A stretch of 64,000 bases of DNA from a virus: IMG/VR virus record IMGVR_UViG_3300046492_000199; one strand, given 5' to 3'. The notes beneath the pieces were generated by a model, which worked only from the letters and a program-made list of their open reading frames with translations, was not told the DNA's origin and searched no databases. Positions 42,366 to 53,620 of this stretch are shown here, one piece after another; the stretch's first letter is position 1, and every line of letters starts with the position of its first letter. The translations under genes and the position numbers were made by a program.

Positions 42366-42932
42366 TTGGCTACGAAGTTCTTATTTAACAACCTCCCCGC
42401 CTATCAAGAAGGGCGATTCGCCCTTGTTAAAAATTCCGACGATGGATTGTGGTATATTTATCACATTATGTCAGGGTTGAAAGCGATGTGGATCATCCCT
42501 CCTTTCAAGCAGAAACGCGATGCTCTTGTTTTTGCTCAACATTTGGATCAAGCACCGATTGATTGGAATGTCAATAGTGAGATTCAACTACTTGAGAAGA
42601 ACGACGCGAATCAGCTACACACAATTATGTCGCGAATTTCTCGCGCCATGAGACAACATAGGCTCAACGGGGGTTCTTAAGAAATGGCGCGATTTACTGC
42701 TTTTGTTACCTACAGAAAGACGGATGATGTAAATGACAGTATTGTTTTCGACTTTGAAGAAGAGGGACAACTAGGCGAGGAATTGGAGAAACGGCATATC
42801 AGTCTTTTCAATATCGTAGGTAGAATGGAGCTTCTGTATAACGGTCATATGGGCAACCCTATCTCCATGGCGCAGTGTTTCGCAGAAGGCGACTTCGAAC
42901 CAATTGGTGCAATGCATTAACATTTTCTTCTT

Positions 42933-42977
42933 GCCCTCTTCCTGAGCGAAACTCGTGACGGAAGAGGGTCTTTTTTC
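42933..42977 (+). terminator. intrinsic terminator
   Basis: GCCCTCTTCC..GGAAGAGGGT stem with inner GAAA-loop hairpin, followed by CTTTTTT. Confidence 0.7.
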
Positions 42978-43399
42978 ATTTAAGGAATAACATTATATGA
43001 CTATTAGAAATAATTGCGAATGGCTGTTTCAAGGCTCACTCCTAGCCGTGGCTAGGGTGAATAAGGTTGGCGAAATCTGGCTCACCATGACAGGCGGGAA
43101 AGACCCATTTGACCCTCGAAAAATTGGCGACACATGGCTGTGGGAGAGCACTGAAGAAAGATTTTTGAGCCAGTGGGTCTTTGTTAAAGAAATCGAGCCG
43201 GAAGTGGGCGAAGGTACGGATGACAGAGAACCGCTGATCGAAACGTGGCTCATCGTGTGCCGTTTCGCTGATGGAGTTGATTACCATAATGGCTTTTTCA
43301 CTTCCAAGGAGGAGGCTCAACTAGCCTATGATGAAGAGCCTTACGACATTGTCACAGGCGAGCGCGTAGAACTGCTCGACATTGTCAGGGTGCCATATT

Positions 43400-44044
43400 A
43401 TGGCTAGACAGCTGACCCGCGTCATTGGCGATGTTCATGGCAAATATGATCAATACAAAAAGATCATCAAAGGCACGACTCGATCCATTCAAGTCGGAGA
43501 TATGGGCGTAGGCTTTCGATCCTATAATTTTGAGAGAGAATTGGTGCGCAGCGCCAATCCTCCTCATGACTTGATGATTAAGCACGGTGCCCGATACATT
43601 AGGGGCAACCATGACAATCCCAATGTGTGCCGCATGGATAAAAAGTGGATTCCAGATGGCACGGTCGAAGATGATGTGATGTTTATCGGCGGCGCAACAT
43701 CAATCGACAAAGCTTATCGGACTGAAGGCCTGTCATGGTGGGCCGATGAAGAATGTGCATACAACGATCTTCAATCGTTTATTGATACAGCGGCTGTACA
43801 TAAACCACGAGTCCTTATCACCCACGAATGTCCAGAATTCATTGCTGATGGGATTTTAGCTGCGGTCAATAGGACAAAGCTGGAAGACCCTAGCAGGACT
43901 AGGCAGGCGTTACAGATAATGAGAGACTACCACAAACCAGAGACGCACATTTTTGGCCATTGGCACGTAGATATCGATCAAGTCATTGATGGCACGAGAT
44001 TTATTTGTTTAAACGAACTAAGTTACATAGATTTGGAACTATGA
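43400..44044 (+). CDS. calcineurin-like metallophosphoesterase
   Basis: IGDVHG, GDMG, RGNHD, ITHECP, FGHWH. Confidence 0.9.
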   Translation: MARQLTRVIGDVHGKYDQYKKIIKGTTRSIQVGDMGVGFRSYNFERELVRSANPPHDLMIKHGARYIRGNHDNPNVCRMDKKWIPDGTVEDDVMFIGGATSIDKAYRTEGLSWWADEECAYNDLQSFIDTAAVHKPRVLITHECPEFIADGILAAVNRTKLEDPSRTRQALQIMRDYHKPETHIFGHWHVDIDQVIDGTRFICLNELSYIDLEL

Positions 44045-44610
44045 AAATAGAATTAACTCAAGATATCCTAAAAGAACTGTTACATTACGAACCTCATACT
44101 GGCCATTTTTATTGGAAATTCAGAGACAAAAAATGGTTTGATAACCCAACTGGACCGGGATCAGCTAGTTGGAACAGTCGTTATGCCTATACTAAGGCCT
44201 TTACTTTAAATGATAAAGATGGTTACAAACTTGGGACCATTTTCACAAAAAGGTATAGAGCGCATAATATTGCTTGGCTTTACGTTTATGGTTCATGGCC
44301 AAATGGAATCATTGATCACATCAATGGGAAACCTTGGGATAATCGAATAGAGAATTTGCGGGATGTAACAAAACTAGAAAACGATAAGAATCAGTCTCTA
44401 GCTAAAAATAATAAAAGCGGCATTATTGGAGTGGATTTTTGGCCTTCTGCTTCACCTCCTAAACAGTGGGTTGCCCGTATCTCAACAGGAGATGGCAAGC
44501 GTAAATTTTTAGGCTATTTCCTAACTAAAGAAGAAGCAGCGGAAGCCAGAGCCAAAGCAGAAATTGAATATGGCTATCACGAAAACCATGGAAAACGAAA
44601 ATGTCAGTAA
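44041..44610 (+). CDS. HNH homing endonuclease with AP2-type DNA-binding domain
   Basis: YRAHNIAWLYVYG..IDHINGKPWDNRIENLRDVT; NNKSG..GV..WVARI..FLGYFLTKEEAAEAR..AE. Confidence 0.9.
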   Translation: MKIELTQDILKELLHYEPHTGHFYWKFRDKKWFDNPTGPGSASWNSRYAYTKAFTLNDKDGYKLGTIFTKRYRAHNIAWLYVYGSWPNGIIDHINGKPWDNRIENLRDVTKLENDKNQSLAKNNKSGIIGVDFWPSASPPKQWVARISTGDGKRKFLGYFLTKEEAAEARAKAEIEYGYHENHGKRKCQ

Positions 44611-44918
44611 TTGATTTTAATCTTTTTAAAGCTAAAGTTGAAACGAATCCTAAACTTTATAACAAAGAGACGGAAGAATTTTGCTACACCATTGAGTATT
44701 TTCACGACGGCAGGAAATTTGTGACCGACCTTTGGGCCAAGACGTGGACCGACGCGGAACTTAAACTGAAGTCAATTCAAGATACAGCGGTTGTGGTAGG
44801 AAAATTAGTTGAGCGAGAGGATTGACACGTGCTCATAATCATTTTACTAAGCATCATTGTCTATTTATTGGTTGAGATAAGAGACAGAATGAAAAAGTAA
44901 ACCGCAAAGGAGATTTAG

Positions 44919-45566
44919 ATGAATAAGTATTGGGGCAGCTTGAATTGGGGCACGATCCTCACAGTGATCACTTACGCCATCGGCTCAGTATTGGGTCTGG
45001 TTGATGTGCATAATTTTAACTATGTCGAATTTTTCGCGATCTGGACCAGCTATGTTTGCACCCTGATGTGCGTGTTCCAGACGAGGTGGAATTACCCGCT
45101 CGGCGCGGTTTCTACCATTCTCTACGCCATTCTATCTTATCAAGCCAATCTCCCCGCCGTTGGGCTGTTCAACATTCTCCTATCGATCAATTTGATTTAT
45201 GGCTGGTTCCGTTGGCGCAGCGATGATGTGACTCGGCCCGTTACCAATCCTAATGCGGCATGGTGGCTCGGATATGTCGGGATCGGGTTGGCCACTTATC
45301 TGATCCTAACCATTGTCAATGGTTACTTTGGCTACGACCAGACTTGGGTAGACGTTACTACAGCTGTAGTTTATGCCGTGGCTCAAGCCATGCTCGACAA
45401 CAAACATCGCACATCGTGGACCGTATTCTTTGTCCTCAATGTCTTGTCGATCTACCTTTATTTCAAGCAGGAAGCTTATTTCGTGGTTATCCAATACGTT
45501 TACTTCCTCGGAAATACACTTTATGGTCATTTTGAATGGCGTAAGTCAGAAGAAGTTTTCAATTAA
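44919..45566 (+). CDS. pnuC: nicotinamide riboside transporter
   Basis: Multi-TM protein; NY.LG.VS.ILY, YGW..W, D..T.V..VAQ.ML..K....W..F..LNV.SI.LY..Q, YGH..W. Confidence 0.85.
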   Translation: MNKYWGSLNWGTILTVITYAIGSVLGLVDVHNFNYVEFFAIWTSYVCTLMCVFQTRWNYPLGAVSTILYAILSYQANLPAVGLFNILLSINLIYGWFRWRSDDVTRPVTNPNAAWWLGYVGIGLATYLILTIVNGYFGYDQTWVDVTTAVVYAVAQAMLDNKHRTSWTVFFVLNVLSIYLYFKQEAYFVVIQYVYFLGNTLYGHFEWRKSEEVFN

Positions 45567-45570
45567 ATCA

Positions 45571-45599
45571 TTGACAGTAGCCCCTAACGGGGCTACACT
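45571..45599 (+). promoter_or_regulatory. promoter whose spacer is a hairpin
   Basis: TTGACA-GTAGCCCCTAACGGGGC-TACACT; GTAGCCCC/GGGGCTAC is an 8-bp stem. Confidence 0.6.
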
Positions 45600-46067
45600 G
45601 CTATCTAGATAAAGGAGGGTGTTTATGCTGAGATTTCTAATAATTTACGGCCTCGTCGCCTTTGGTACTTGGGCCGGATATGACAGAATTTATAGAGAGG
45701 CTTGCCCTTCGGAGAAGTTCTCATACGGTCCTGTCACGGCGGGAATTGCATGGCCCTTCTTCGCCGGTCTAGCCATTGCCAGCGCCACCACTGATAGGAT
45801 TTCCAATCCTGTCACTTGTGACAATAAATTTTAAAAGGAGGTTTTGATGCGTTATAAGAAATGGACCAGTGCATATCTTCTTAACGAAGCGTTGGAATCT
45901 CCCACGATGAAAGCAGAAGTCACGGTTAACGGCGAAACTATTGCTGTCAGCGCCGTGACAGAGCTTGAAACATTTGGCGTGACTTGGAAGCGTAACGGCG
46001 TTCTTGTCACGGAAGAAGATGCGGCAGAAGTTTTGGCTCGATGGGCCGTGGAAGGAGTTTAAATTTT

Positions 46068-46541
46068 ATGACGAGAGACGAAGTTAAAGCGAATCGAATC
46101 AAGTGGGCCAATTTCCTTCTCAATAAGAAGAGGAAGAAGGCTACCGGCATACTTGATAAGGGCGACGGTGCTAGATGCTGTTTGGGCCACGGCGCGTACT
46201 GCTTAGGCGTGTCTCGTCACAGACTTGGTGAAACGTATGTCACGAGTTTCGAGTATGGAGATGGGCGCGCAACATATTCCGCTCCTTCTGAATTGGTAGA
46301 CCTTGTCGGACTGTGGGACAGTGATGGCATGACTGAAGGCGAGGATTTAGTTATTGATGGTCTTAACTTTTCTTCACTAGCCTCTGCCAATGATGCTGAT
46401 AGGCATTATGCCTTTGAAACAGGCGTTGAAAGCAGAGAAATAAACATCACTCCTCAAATGATTGGGACATATCTCCTCACCGTGATCGAAGGCGGCGACG
46501 ATACTCCATTCCGCCCACTGTCGGAGTATCCCGAAGTATGA
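46068..46541 (+). CDS. hypothetical protein, CCLG family
   Basis: W..FL...G.L..G....CCLG, shared with 51398-51739. Confidence 0.65.
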   Translation: MTRDEVKANRIKWANFLLNKKRKKATGILDKGDGARCCLGHGAYCLGVSRHRLGETYVTSFEYGDGRATYSAPSELVDLVGLWDSDGMTEGEDLVIDGLNFSSLASANDADRHYAFETGVESREINITPQMIGTYLLTVIEGGDDTPFRPLSEYPEV

Positions 46542-47551
46542 CCACAACAGGACTATGCGTGATCAGTGGCCTCTTGCCGACACGTGGTCATCAATATCTA
46601 ATTGATTTTGGTTCTAAATTCGTGGATCGGCTCCATGTCATTGTCTGTATCAGGTCGTTTGAACCACGACTCACTCTGGATCGAGCCGAAGTTTTGGCAC
46701 AGCATTATGCTGGAACGAATGTAACGATCCACGAGCACTACGCCGATGATGCGCCTCAGAATGATGATGGCACGCCTGAGTTTTGGGACTATTGGTCCAA
46801 TCTCGTCAACAAAGCCATCACGAAGCGTAAAAAGATTGATTACTTCTTCGCCTCGGAAAAATACGGCGCGCGCTTCGCTGAAGCTCTTGGCATCACCTTT
46901 GTCCCGGTAGATATTGGCAGGGAAATCCTAAGCGTTACAGGGACAGGTGTCAGGAAAAATCTGGCTGAAAATTTTAAATACATTCTGCCTGAGTATCAAA
47001 ACCGTTTGGCCAAGACTGTGTGCCTCTACGGTCAAGAATCAGTAGGTAAAACCACTATGTCTAAGTGGCTCGCCAATAAGTTGGAAGGCCGTTGGATTCA
47101 CGAATGGGCCAGACCTTATCTTGAAGAAGTCGGCGCTGAGATAACGGATGAAAAAATGTTAAACATTGTGCGTGGCCAGTACGCAGCGATGATTTCCGCA
47201 CCTATGGCATTGTTTAATATAAGAGATACTGATCTCCTTTCCACTATTGGTTATTATAAAATCTATGGCGGAACTATGCCTGAAGAACTTATCCAAAAAT
47301 TTAACTTGACAAAGAGTGATCTTTATGTAATGTTAAATGACAATATCCCTTTCGAGCCTGATCCTTTGAGATACGGCGGTGATAAGAGGGAAAGTGAGAT
47401 GCAGTTCTGGATCGACCTGTTGGACGAATATGACTGCAAATATCATGTCGTGGACAGCACTGATATTAAAAAGCAACGCAAAGAAGTTGTAGAAGCTGTT
47501 TATGATTTTTTCACCGATCTACGCGAGATAGAGGAATTTATTCGTGACTGA
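46538..47551 (+). CDS. nadR: NadR-like bifunctional NMN adenylyltransferase / ribosylnicotinamide kinase
   Basis: N-terminal PTRGHQYLIDF (HxGH-like), FASEKYG, SVTGT.VR; C-terminal GQESVGKTT, EWARPY, RDTDLLST, DIPF.PD.LR. Confidence 0.8.
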   Translation: MTTTGLCVISGLLPTRGHQYLIDFGSKFVDRLHVIVCIRSFEPRLTLDRAEVLAQHYAGTNVTIHEHYADDAPQNDDGTPEFWDYWSNLVNKAITKRKKIDYFFASEKYGARFAEALGITFVPVDIGREILSVTGTGVRKNLAENFKYILPEYQNRLAKTVCLYGQESVGKTTMSKWLANKLEGRWIHEWARPYLEEVGAEITDEKMLNIVRGQYAAMISAPMALFNIRDTDLLSTIGYYKIYGGTMPEELIQKFNLTKSDLYVMLNDNIPFEPDPLRYGGDKRESEMQFWIDLLDEYDCKYHVVDSTDIKKQRKEVVEAVYDFFTDLREIEEFIRD

Positions 47552-47897
47552 ATTCATTAGAGGTGACAAAGTTATCTTTGTCGATCCAGAACATAAATAC
47601 GGCGGCTGGAATTTCACTGTGGGTAGGACCTATACCGTTGGTGGTAAGTATTTTCCATCAGACGACGGGTATTTAGGGATTATGGCGGACGACAGCGGCT
47701 CTCCTAATGGACATTTGCTAAAGTTCTTCGTCTCAGCGCCAGTTGTGGACCAAACTTTTTGCTCTTGGTGGAACGAATACTATCCTCAAGAATATGGCCA
47801 CAACGCCGAATTTAGGAAGATTGTGGAACGACACGCAGAAGCAGCCTATGTGGCGGGAAAGCGCCACGGCTCGTAACCAACAAATAGGAACTTTGAT

Positions 47898-48308
47898 ATG
47901 AACTACAAATGGCTTACCTTCAACTGCGTCACGCTCTTTATCGTGGCCTTTCTGATCCAGTTTTATGATGGATTTAATCAACTACTAGCTCTGGATCACA
48001 CCTACGTCTCATTATTCATTGTAGCTCAATATGTTGCGATCAGCACCTATCTAGGCATCAAGAAAGAAGCCTCTAATTTCAACGCAGTCAGATACTATGC
48101 CAATATGCTTCCGCTAATTGGAATGGTTGGAACGCTTACCGCTGTGATGTTGGTTATGTACGAAGCTCAGATATCAGGCGCGAAAACAATCGCGGATTTT
48201 CACGGCCTCTTCTCAATGTTCACCACAACACTCTTTGGTGTGTTCTTCCTAGGCATGTCCAAGTTTCAGCTTGGTCTAGCATTTGGAGAGTACAAAGATG
48301 CTGACTAA
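47898..48308 (+). CDS. MotA/TolQ/ExbB-like membrane protein
   Basis: LPLIGMVGTLTAV..F.TTLFGV transmembrane signature. Confidence 0.65.
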   Translation: MNYKWLTFNCVTLFIVAFLIQFYDGFNQLLALDHTYVSLFIVAQYVAISTYLGIKKEASNFNAVRYYANMLPLIGMVGTLTAVMLVMYEAQISGAKTIADFHGLFSMFTTTLFGVFFLGMSKFQLGLAFGEYKDAD

Positions 48309-48885
48309 ATCACTATCAGTCTCGTACATCGACTTCCTTTGGGCTTTATGTGGCGTCTTTCTCCTCCTGTTCTTAATTTCTGACGTTCAGGTAGAGAAGG
48401 CGAAGGGGAATATCATTGATCCGGCCCAATTCCTAGTGGAAATGACATGGACCGATGATAGCCCCAACGATATTGACCTCTGGATGAGTAATCCTAACAA
48501 CGATATTGTCTACTACCACACCAGAGAAATCGGCGGAATGACCCTAGACACAGACAATCTAGGTAGAAATAATACTTTTACTGATCCAGCTGGTAATCTG
48601 ATTGTCAATCACACACGTCGCGAAGTTGCTAGTATTAGAGCAGTAATGGCAGGTACGTATACCGTCAATGTGATGCTTTTTGATAAAGTAACCAAAGGAT
48701 CAGAAACGGTCAAGATCAGGGTTTTCAAGTTGAATCCTTATAAAGATATTATTGAAAAAGTGGTCGTGCTAGAAACGGTCAAGCAAGAATCCACCATATT
48801 ACAGTTTGATGTTGATAAGGACGGCAATTTTATCAGTAAATCCGAAGCTGAACAGATTTCTCTCTTTGCGAGGTTGAAGGCATGA
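48298..48885 (+). CDS. single-TM partner protein with YfaP/DUF2135-like periplasmic domain
   Basis: SYIDFLWALCGVFLLLFLI anchor; TW.D....DIDLW..NP..LDTDN.G..RE...GTYTVNV. Confidence 0.55.
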   Translation: MLTKSLSVSYIDFLWALCGVFLLLFLISDVQVEKAKGNIIDPAQFLVEMTWTDDSPNDIDLWMSNPNNDIVYYHTREIGGMTLDTDNLGRNNTFTDPAGNLIVNHTRREVASIRAVMAGTYTVNVMLFDKVTKGSETVKIRVFKLNPYKDIIEKVVVLETVKQESTILQFDVDKDGNFISKSEAEQISLFARLKA

Positions 48886-49349
48886 TTATCCCATCGATCA
48901 TTATTCTCGGACTTCTACTTGTCACAGTTTTTGTTGGATTTAAATATAACTGGAAACTCTCACTAGCTATTTTCATTCCAATGCTTTATCTCGGTTATTG
49001 GACCGTAGCCACTCAGGTTCCAAAATACTTTGGCTATGCCGTGCCAATCAATTTCGCTGAAATGGAAAATCAGGCCTTATTGATCAGCGGTTATGATGGC
49101 GGTAAACTTATTTACCTGCTCATCATAGAGAAAGGCATCAAGGAACCACGCCTCGTCAGTATGCCAAATAATGACGAAAATAGGGCAATATTTAACGAAC
49201 TTACCAAAAAAATCAAAAACGGGCAAGCCGCCATTATTAAGAAAAACAATAAAAAAGGCGAAAAGGGTAAGGGCGATGGTCAATCCAGTATGGGCGATAT
49301 TGAAGGTGTAGAGATGAAGGATCAAAATATCCTTCAAAAGGAGGGATAA
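48882..49349 (+). CDS. membrane protein, third gene of the MotA-like trio
   Basis: Two N-terminal TM segments; overlapping stop/start with the upstream gene. Confidence 0.65.
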   Translation: MIIPSIIILGLLLVTVFVGFKYNWKLSLAIFIPMLYLGYWTVATQVPKYFGYAVPINFAEMENQALLISGYDGGKLIYLLIIEKGIKEPRLVSMPNNDENRAIFNELTKKIKNGQAAIIKKNNKKGEKGKGDGQSSMGDIEGVEMKDQNILQKEG

Positions 49350-50050
49350 TCGTGAAACCTGCATATTATTTAATTGAAAATTGCCGGTGTGAAGCCTATG
49401 TCCAAGAAATCGCGGTCTGCGTGTTCTGGCGTAGGTGGTATTGGAAGGCAAAGTTTTATTACGAGGGCGAATGCACCCCGTATGACATTTTCGACGGCAC
49501 AGAATTGACGGAACAAGAGGCGGTAGAATCCTGCCTCAGTAAATATGGGGAGTTGTTTCCAAGCGATGACTAAAGCAGTTGTAGTATATCAAGCCGGTGA
49601 CGAGGCCCATAGCATTCAAGTCGCACTGAGCCGACGTGACGGCAAAACGTTCGTGAGAGAATTCAAGCGGCATACCAGATTTGGCAAGAAGTGGGACACG
49701 TGGCGCGAGACTTCTTTTCCTGAAGTCATTGCGCTAGGCTTCGAAGAATTTAAGCGTGTCGATAAAGGAGTTAAGGTTGTCTTACCAATTACCGTTGCTG
49801 TTATTTAGTGCTGGACTAAATTTAATTTTTATATTTGGTTTCTTTGCTTGGCGCATGGGCCAAACTCCTTTGAACAGGGCGAGACATAAAGTTCGCGGCA
49901 CGGATTATGAAATTTTAGGCTTTGCCACGGTACAAACCGCTGATGCACTTAAAGACGATGACAGAGTTTTTGTTTATCGAGATATTGACAATGACGAAAT
50001 GTATGTTAGAAAAGATAGTGAATTTGCGGACGGAAGGTTTGAATTAATCG

Positions 50051-50545
50051 ATGCCAAGTAATTTAAAAACTATGATCCTTGTCAAAGCCGCTCTATCTGG
50101 TCAATACGACCAGCAGAAAGTATCTAAGTACGATCACTGTGTCAGAGTATCTAATAATGCATTAATGCTGGTGAAGCGTTACGACATTGCGGACGAAAAA
50201 CTGGCAAGTGATATTTATCAAGTCGCACTGCTCCACGACGTACTTGAAGATAGCGATATTACGGCTTATGATCTCCATCTCTATGGATATAGCAATGCCA
50301 TTATCGACGCGGTAGAGCTTTTGACTCACTATAACGAAGATGGAAGTTATTCAGACTATATCGATACGCTCTGCGCCAGCGGTAATATCACTGCTCTGAT
50401 CGGCAAGCTGGCCGACAATATGGATAACACATCAATTGGACGCAACGCAGGCCTAGATGACAGGTTCAAAAATTATTTAAACCGACGTTATGCCGGTGTG
50501 AGAGAAAAGCTGGAAGCAGCGATTGAGAAGGCTTTAAATGTCTAA
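50051..50545 (+). CDS. RelA/SpoT-type HD hydrolase (Mesh1/small alarmone hydrolase-like)
   Basis: HCVRV..ALLHDVLEDS..AVELLT..Y....A..GKLADNMDN. Confidence 0.75.
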   Translation: MPSNLKTMILVKAALSGQYDQQKVSKYDHCVRVSNNALMLVKRYDIADEKLASDIYQVALLHDVLEDSDITAYDLHLYGYSNAIIDAVELLTHYNEDGSYSDYIDTLCASGNITALIGKLADNMDNTSIGRNAGLDDRFKNYLNRRYAGVREKLEAAIEKALNV

Positions 50546-51397
50546 TTCTAATACAGTTTTTGATAATCTAAAAATCATTTATAATAATTTTGTTGTGAAA
50601 GCCGCCGAGATTGGAGCTTATGCCAGCAGCTGGACCCCGGAATTTTCTGTAAGTTGTTTGACTGAAATTTTCGACAATAAGCATAAGTGGAAGCCTAATG
50701 AAAAGTGGTTCGATGTGGAATTCAGTCAGAAGGACTTTCAGGGCCTCACCCCGGATCAGCTTATCAGTGTAGGCTTCAGGAAGTGGGACAACGATTTCTC
50801 ATTTCTAGTCCCTCTGTATCTCCTGAATTATCTAAAAATTGATGAGACTTATAAGTGCATCTCAGGAGATGCTGTCATGGTCAAAGATTTTGATAATGAT
50901 AATCGGTATGGCTGTTTGGCCTATTATTTTAATCTAGTTAATTAATAAGGAAAATTATGTCTAATAATGTTAGTTCTTCTTCCGCAAGCGGCGGTATCGG
51001 ATTCTTCGGCGGCTTGACGCTGTTATTCATTGCCCTGAAACTAACCGGATTCATTGCATGGTCGTGGTTTTGGGTTCTATCTCCAATTATTTTTGCCTTT
51101 GGCATTTTTCTTTTGGCTGTAGGTCTTTTCATTTGGTTAGCGCTTAAAGAAGCTGGTGTGAAAAGACGATGACTCTATTTGATTATTATTTGCTTTGGGC
51201 CGGAACAGGGCTTTTGGGCTGTGTCATAGGATTCTATATAGATTATTATCTAGGGAATGACTCTAGATTAAAGGATTTGCTAGGATTTATCACTCTTGCT
51301 CTAACTATCGGACCTTTTGTTGCCGTAATGGCTATATCGTATTTTTGCTCAGAATTTAAAATTTTTGACAAAGTCGTTATTAAGGGAAGGAATAAGA

Positions 51398-51739
51398 ATG
51401 AGGATTGAGAACAACCATAAAGAACTGCGAGCGGCGTGGGTCGCTGCGCTGCGATCCGGCGAATATAAGCAGGGAGTGAACAATCTTCGCACCCCTGACG
51501 GGGAATACTGCTGCCTCGGCGTGGCAGGCAAAATCATTGGACTAAGTGATGATTTGCTAGGAGATTGGACCGAGGATGAATATCCTTATGACACGATTCA
51601 ACAGGCATTTGGTCTATCAGATTGTTTGGGAGCGTATGCAGAAGGCCAACTTTATTCACACAACGACCACGACGGCTTGACTTTCTCCCAAATCGCAGAT
51701 ATAATCGACGCCGAACCAGAAGGTTTGTTCATCGATTAA
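51398..51739 (+). CDS. hypothetical protein, CCLG family
   Basis: WVAALRSGEYKQG..YCCLGVA..NDH.GLTF.QIADII. Confidence 0.7.
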   Translation: MRIENNHKELRAAWVAALRSGEYKQGVNNLRTPDGEYCCLGVAGKIIGLSDDLLGDWTEDEYPYDTIQQAFGLSDCLGAYAEGQLYSHNDHDGLTFSQIADIIDAEPEGLFID

Positions 51740-53620
51740 CCTTCTTCCAATTCATTGGAGGAAGGTGTCATACCATAAGGAGAACCATGTCATGCTTATC
51801 ACAGTCCTCGTGCTCAGCGCCAATATCGTTTTCGTCCAGAACGGCGAAATCAAAGTCGGAACCGTGGTAAAGAAATCCGGTTCTGTAACTTATGTAAGAG
51901 ACTGTGAAAATGAGTCTCAAATTTATCGCGTCCCGGTACAGCGTGGCGAAGTCGTTGGGGCGTATCGCGGCACGTGTGCCGACTTCAGAGAATTGAAAAG
52001 GGAACTTAGGTGACGGTGGATTTTTGGAGCCTTTTTGGCTGGTGGTTTTTTGTTGGAATTTGTGAGTATTTAGGTCTGACCCTTTATGCTTTTGTTATGT
52101 TTGCCGTCTCTGAGCGTTATTTTGGACTAGGCGGCGCAATTGTTGTTGGTTACACCGTTTGGTGTTCGATTTTCATTCTGCCAATTGCTTGGCTATGTTA
52201 TGGGTTTTATTTAATTGGTACACAATTTTAGATTAAGGCTCCGATATTGGGTAAGCCGTTGGGCCTATCCATATTATGATTGCGAGAATTGTATCGGCAT
52301 GATAGAACATGGATGTTACTGTTCGTATTACGACGCCTACAGTCCCGGCTCAGGTGATATTCCTTGGTGGGTCAAAATTTTAAGAAAGATTTAGTTTATG
52401 AAAATTGTTTTAGTAAGTGGTGATGATTGGGAAGGTCTGTATATAAACGACTGTCTTGTAACCGAAGGTCATAAAGTCACTGTGAGAGAAGTTGTTGAGG
52501 CTATTTCTGAACGCTTGGTCCGTCTCGACATTACGTATGAATGGCAAGAAGTTGATTATGAATGGCTTCATGACCGAGGTGACTTGCCACAAGAACTTAA
52601 GAAGGTTAAATTAAATGCTCGATAATCCATTTGAATTTCTGACCCCGGCATGGCATGAGAGAGCCAATGAGATTCGTGAAGCGCGGGCCGTGGCTGATGC
52701 GGCTCGTGTCGAAAAGTTGAGGGAAGAAGGTATTTCTGGTGTCCTCGTTAACGCATTTTTCAACGATAATAAGCATGATCCAAGATATCCAAATATCGTT
52801 GGCCGCATCGATATTGATGCTAAGGGCCGATTTAATTTTTGGGACTTGGTTTATACCAGTCGTCTCAAAAAGATTTATGCTGAGAATGGCAGAACTTTTG
52901 CCAAGACACATTATTCACTTTATGAATTAATTGGTTTCGATCCAGAATCTATTCCAGAGGATTTCCGTTTTGCCTTCCAAGACCTTTGATAAAGAAGAAC
53001 TTAAACTAGTTATTTGGGGAGATTCAGAATCTCTAGAACTGATTGAAGATGATATTACTGATACGGGTCGCTGGACCGTGCATCACAAAATGATTTTCAA
53101 AGACGTTGAGACTGGAAAATTTTACTTGACAAATTATTCAGTTGGTGCTACAGAACAACAGGATGAGTATCCGTTCGAATACGAACCAGACGAAATTTCA
53201 TGTGCAGAAGTTAAGCCGGTAGAAAAAATTGTAATTAAATACGTAAAGGTTTGAAATGTCTAAAATTAATGAAACGCGTACCGAAAAGATGAAGAAGAAG
53301 AGCACGGAAGAGCTTAAGGCAATTATCCAAAGCGGCAGTCTCAGCAGGGCTGCGGCAGAATATGAAATGCAACGCAGAATGAAGGGTGGCGGGAAGTAAG
53401 AAGCTTCCCCTCCTTGTTACAACAACTCTTGAAAAGGAACTAAAATGTTTGCACTTATTATCGATCTCGCATTCCTCGCCCTCGTTGGATATGCCGGTTA
53501 TACCGCATATACCACTTACGTAGAGCGCGGTAATTCCATCTCTCCTCTCGATGAATACTTTGCCGCCTTCACAAAGAAGCTGTTTCGTAAGTAATCAACT
53601 AATTGATAATGCTTAATAAA

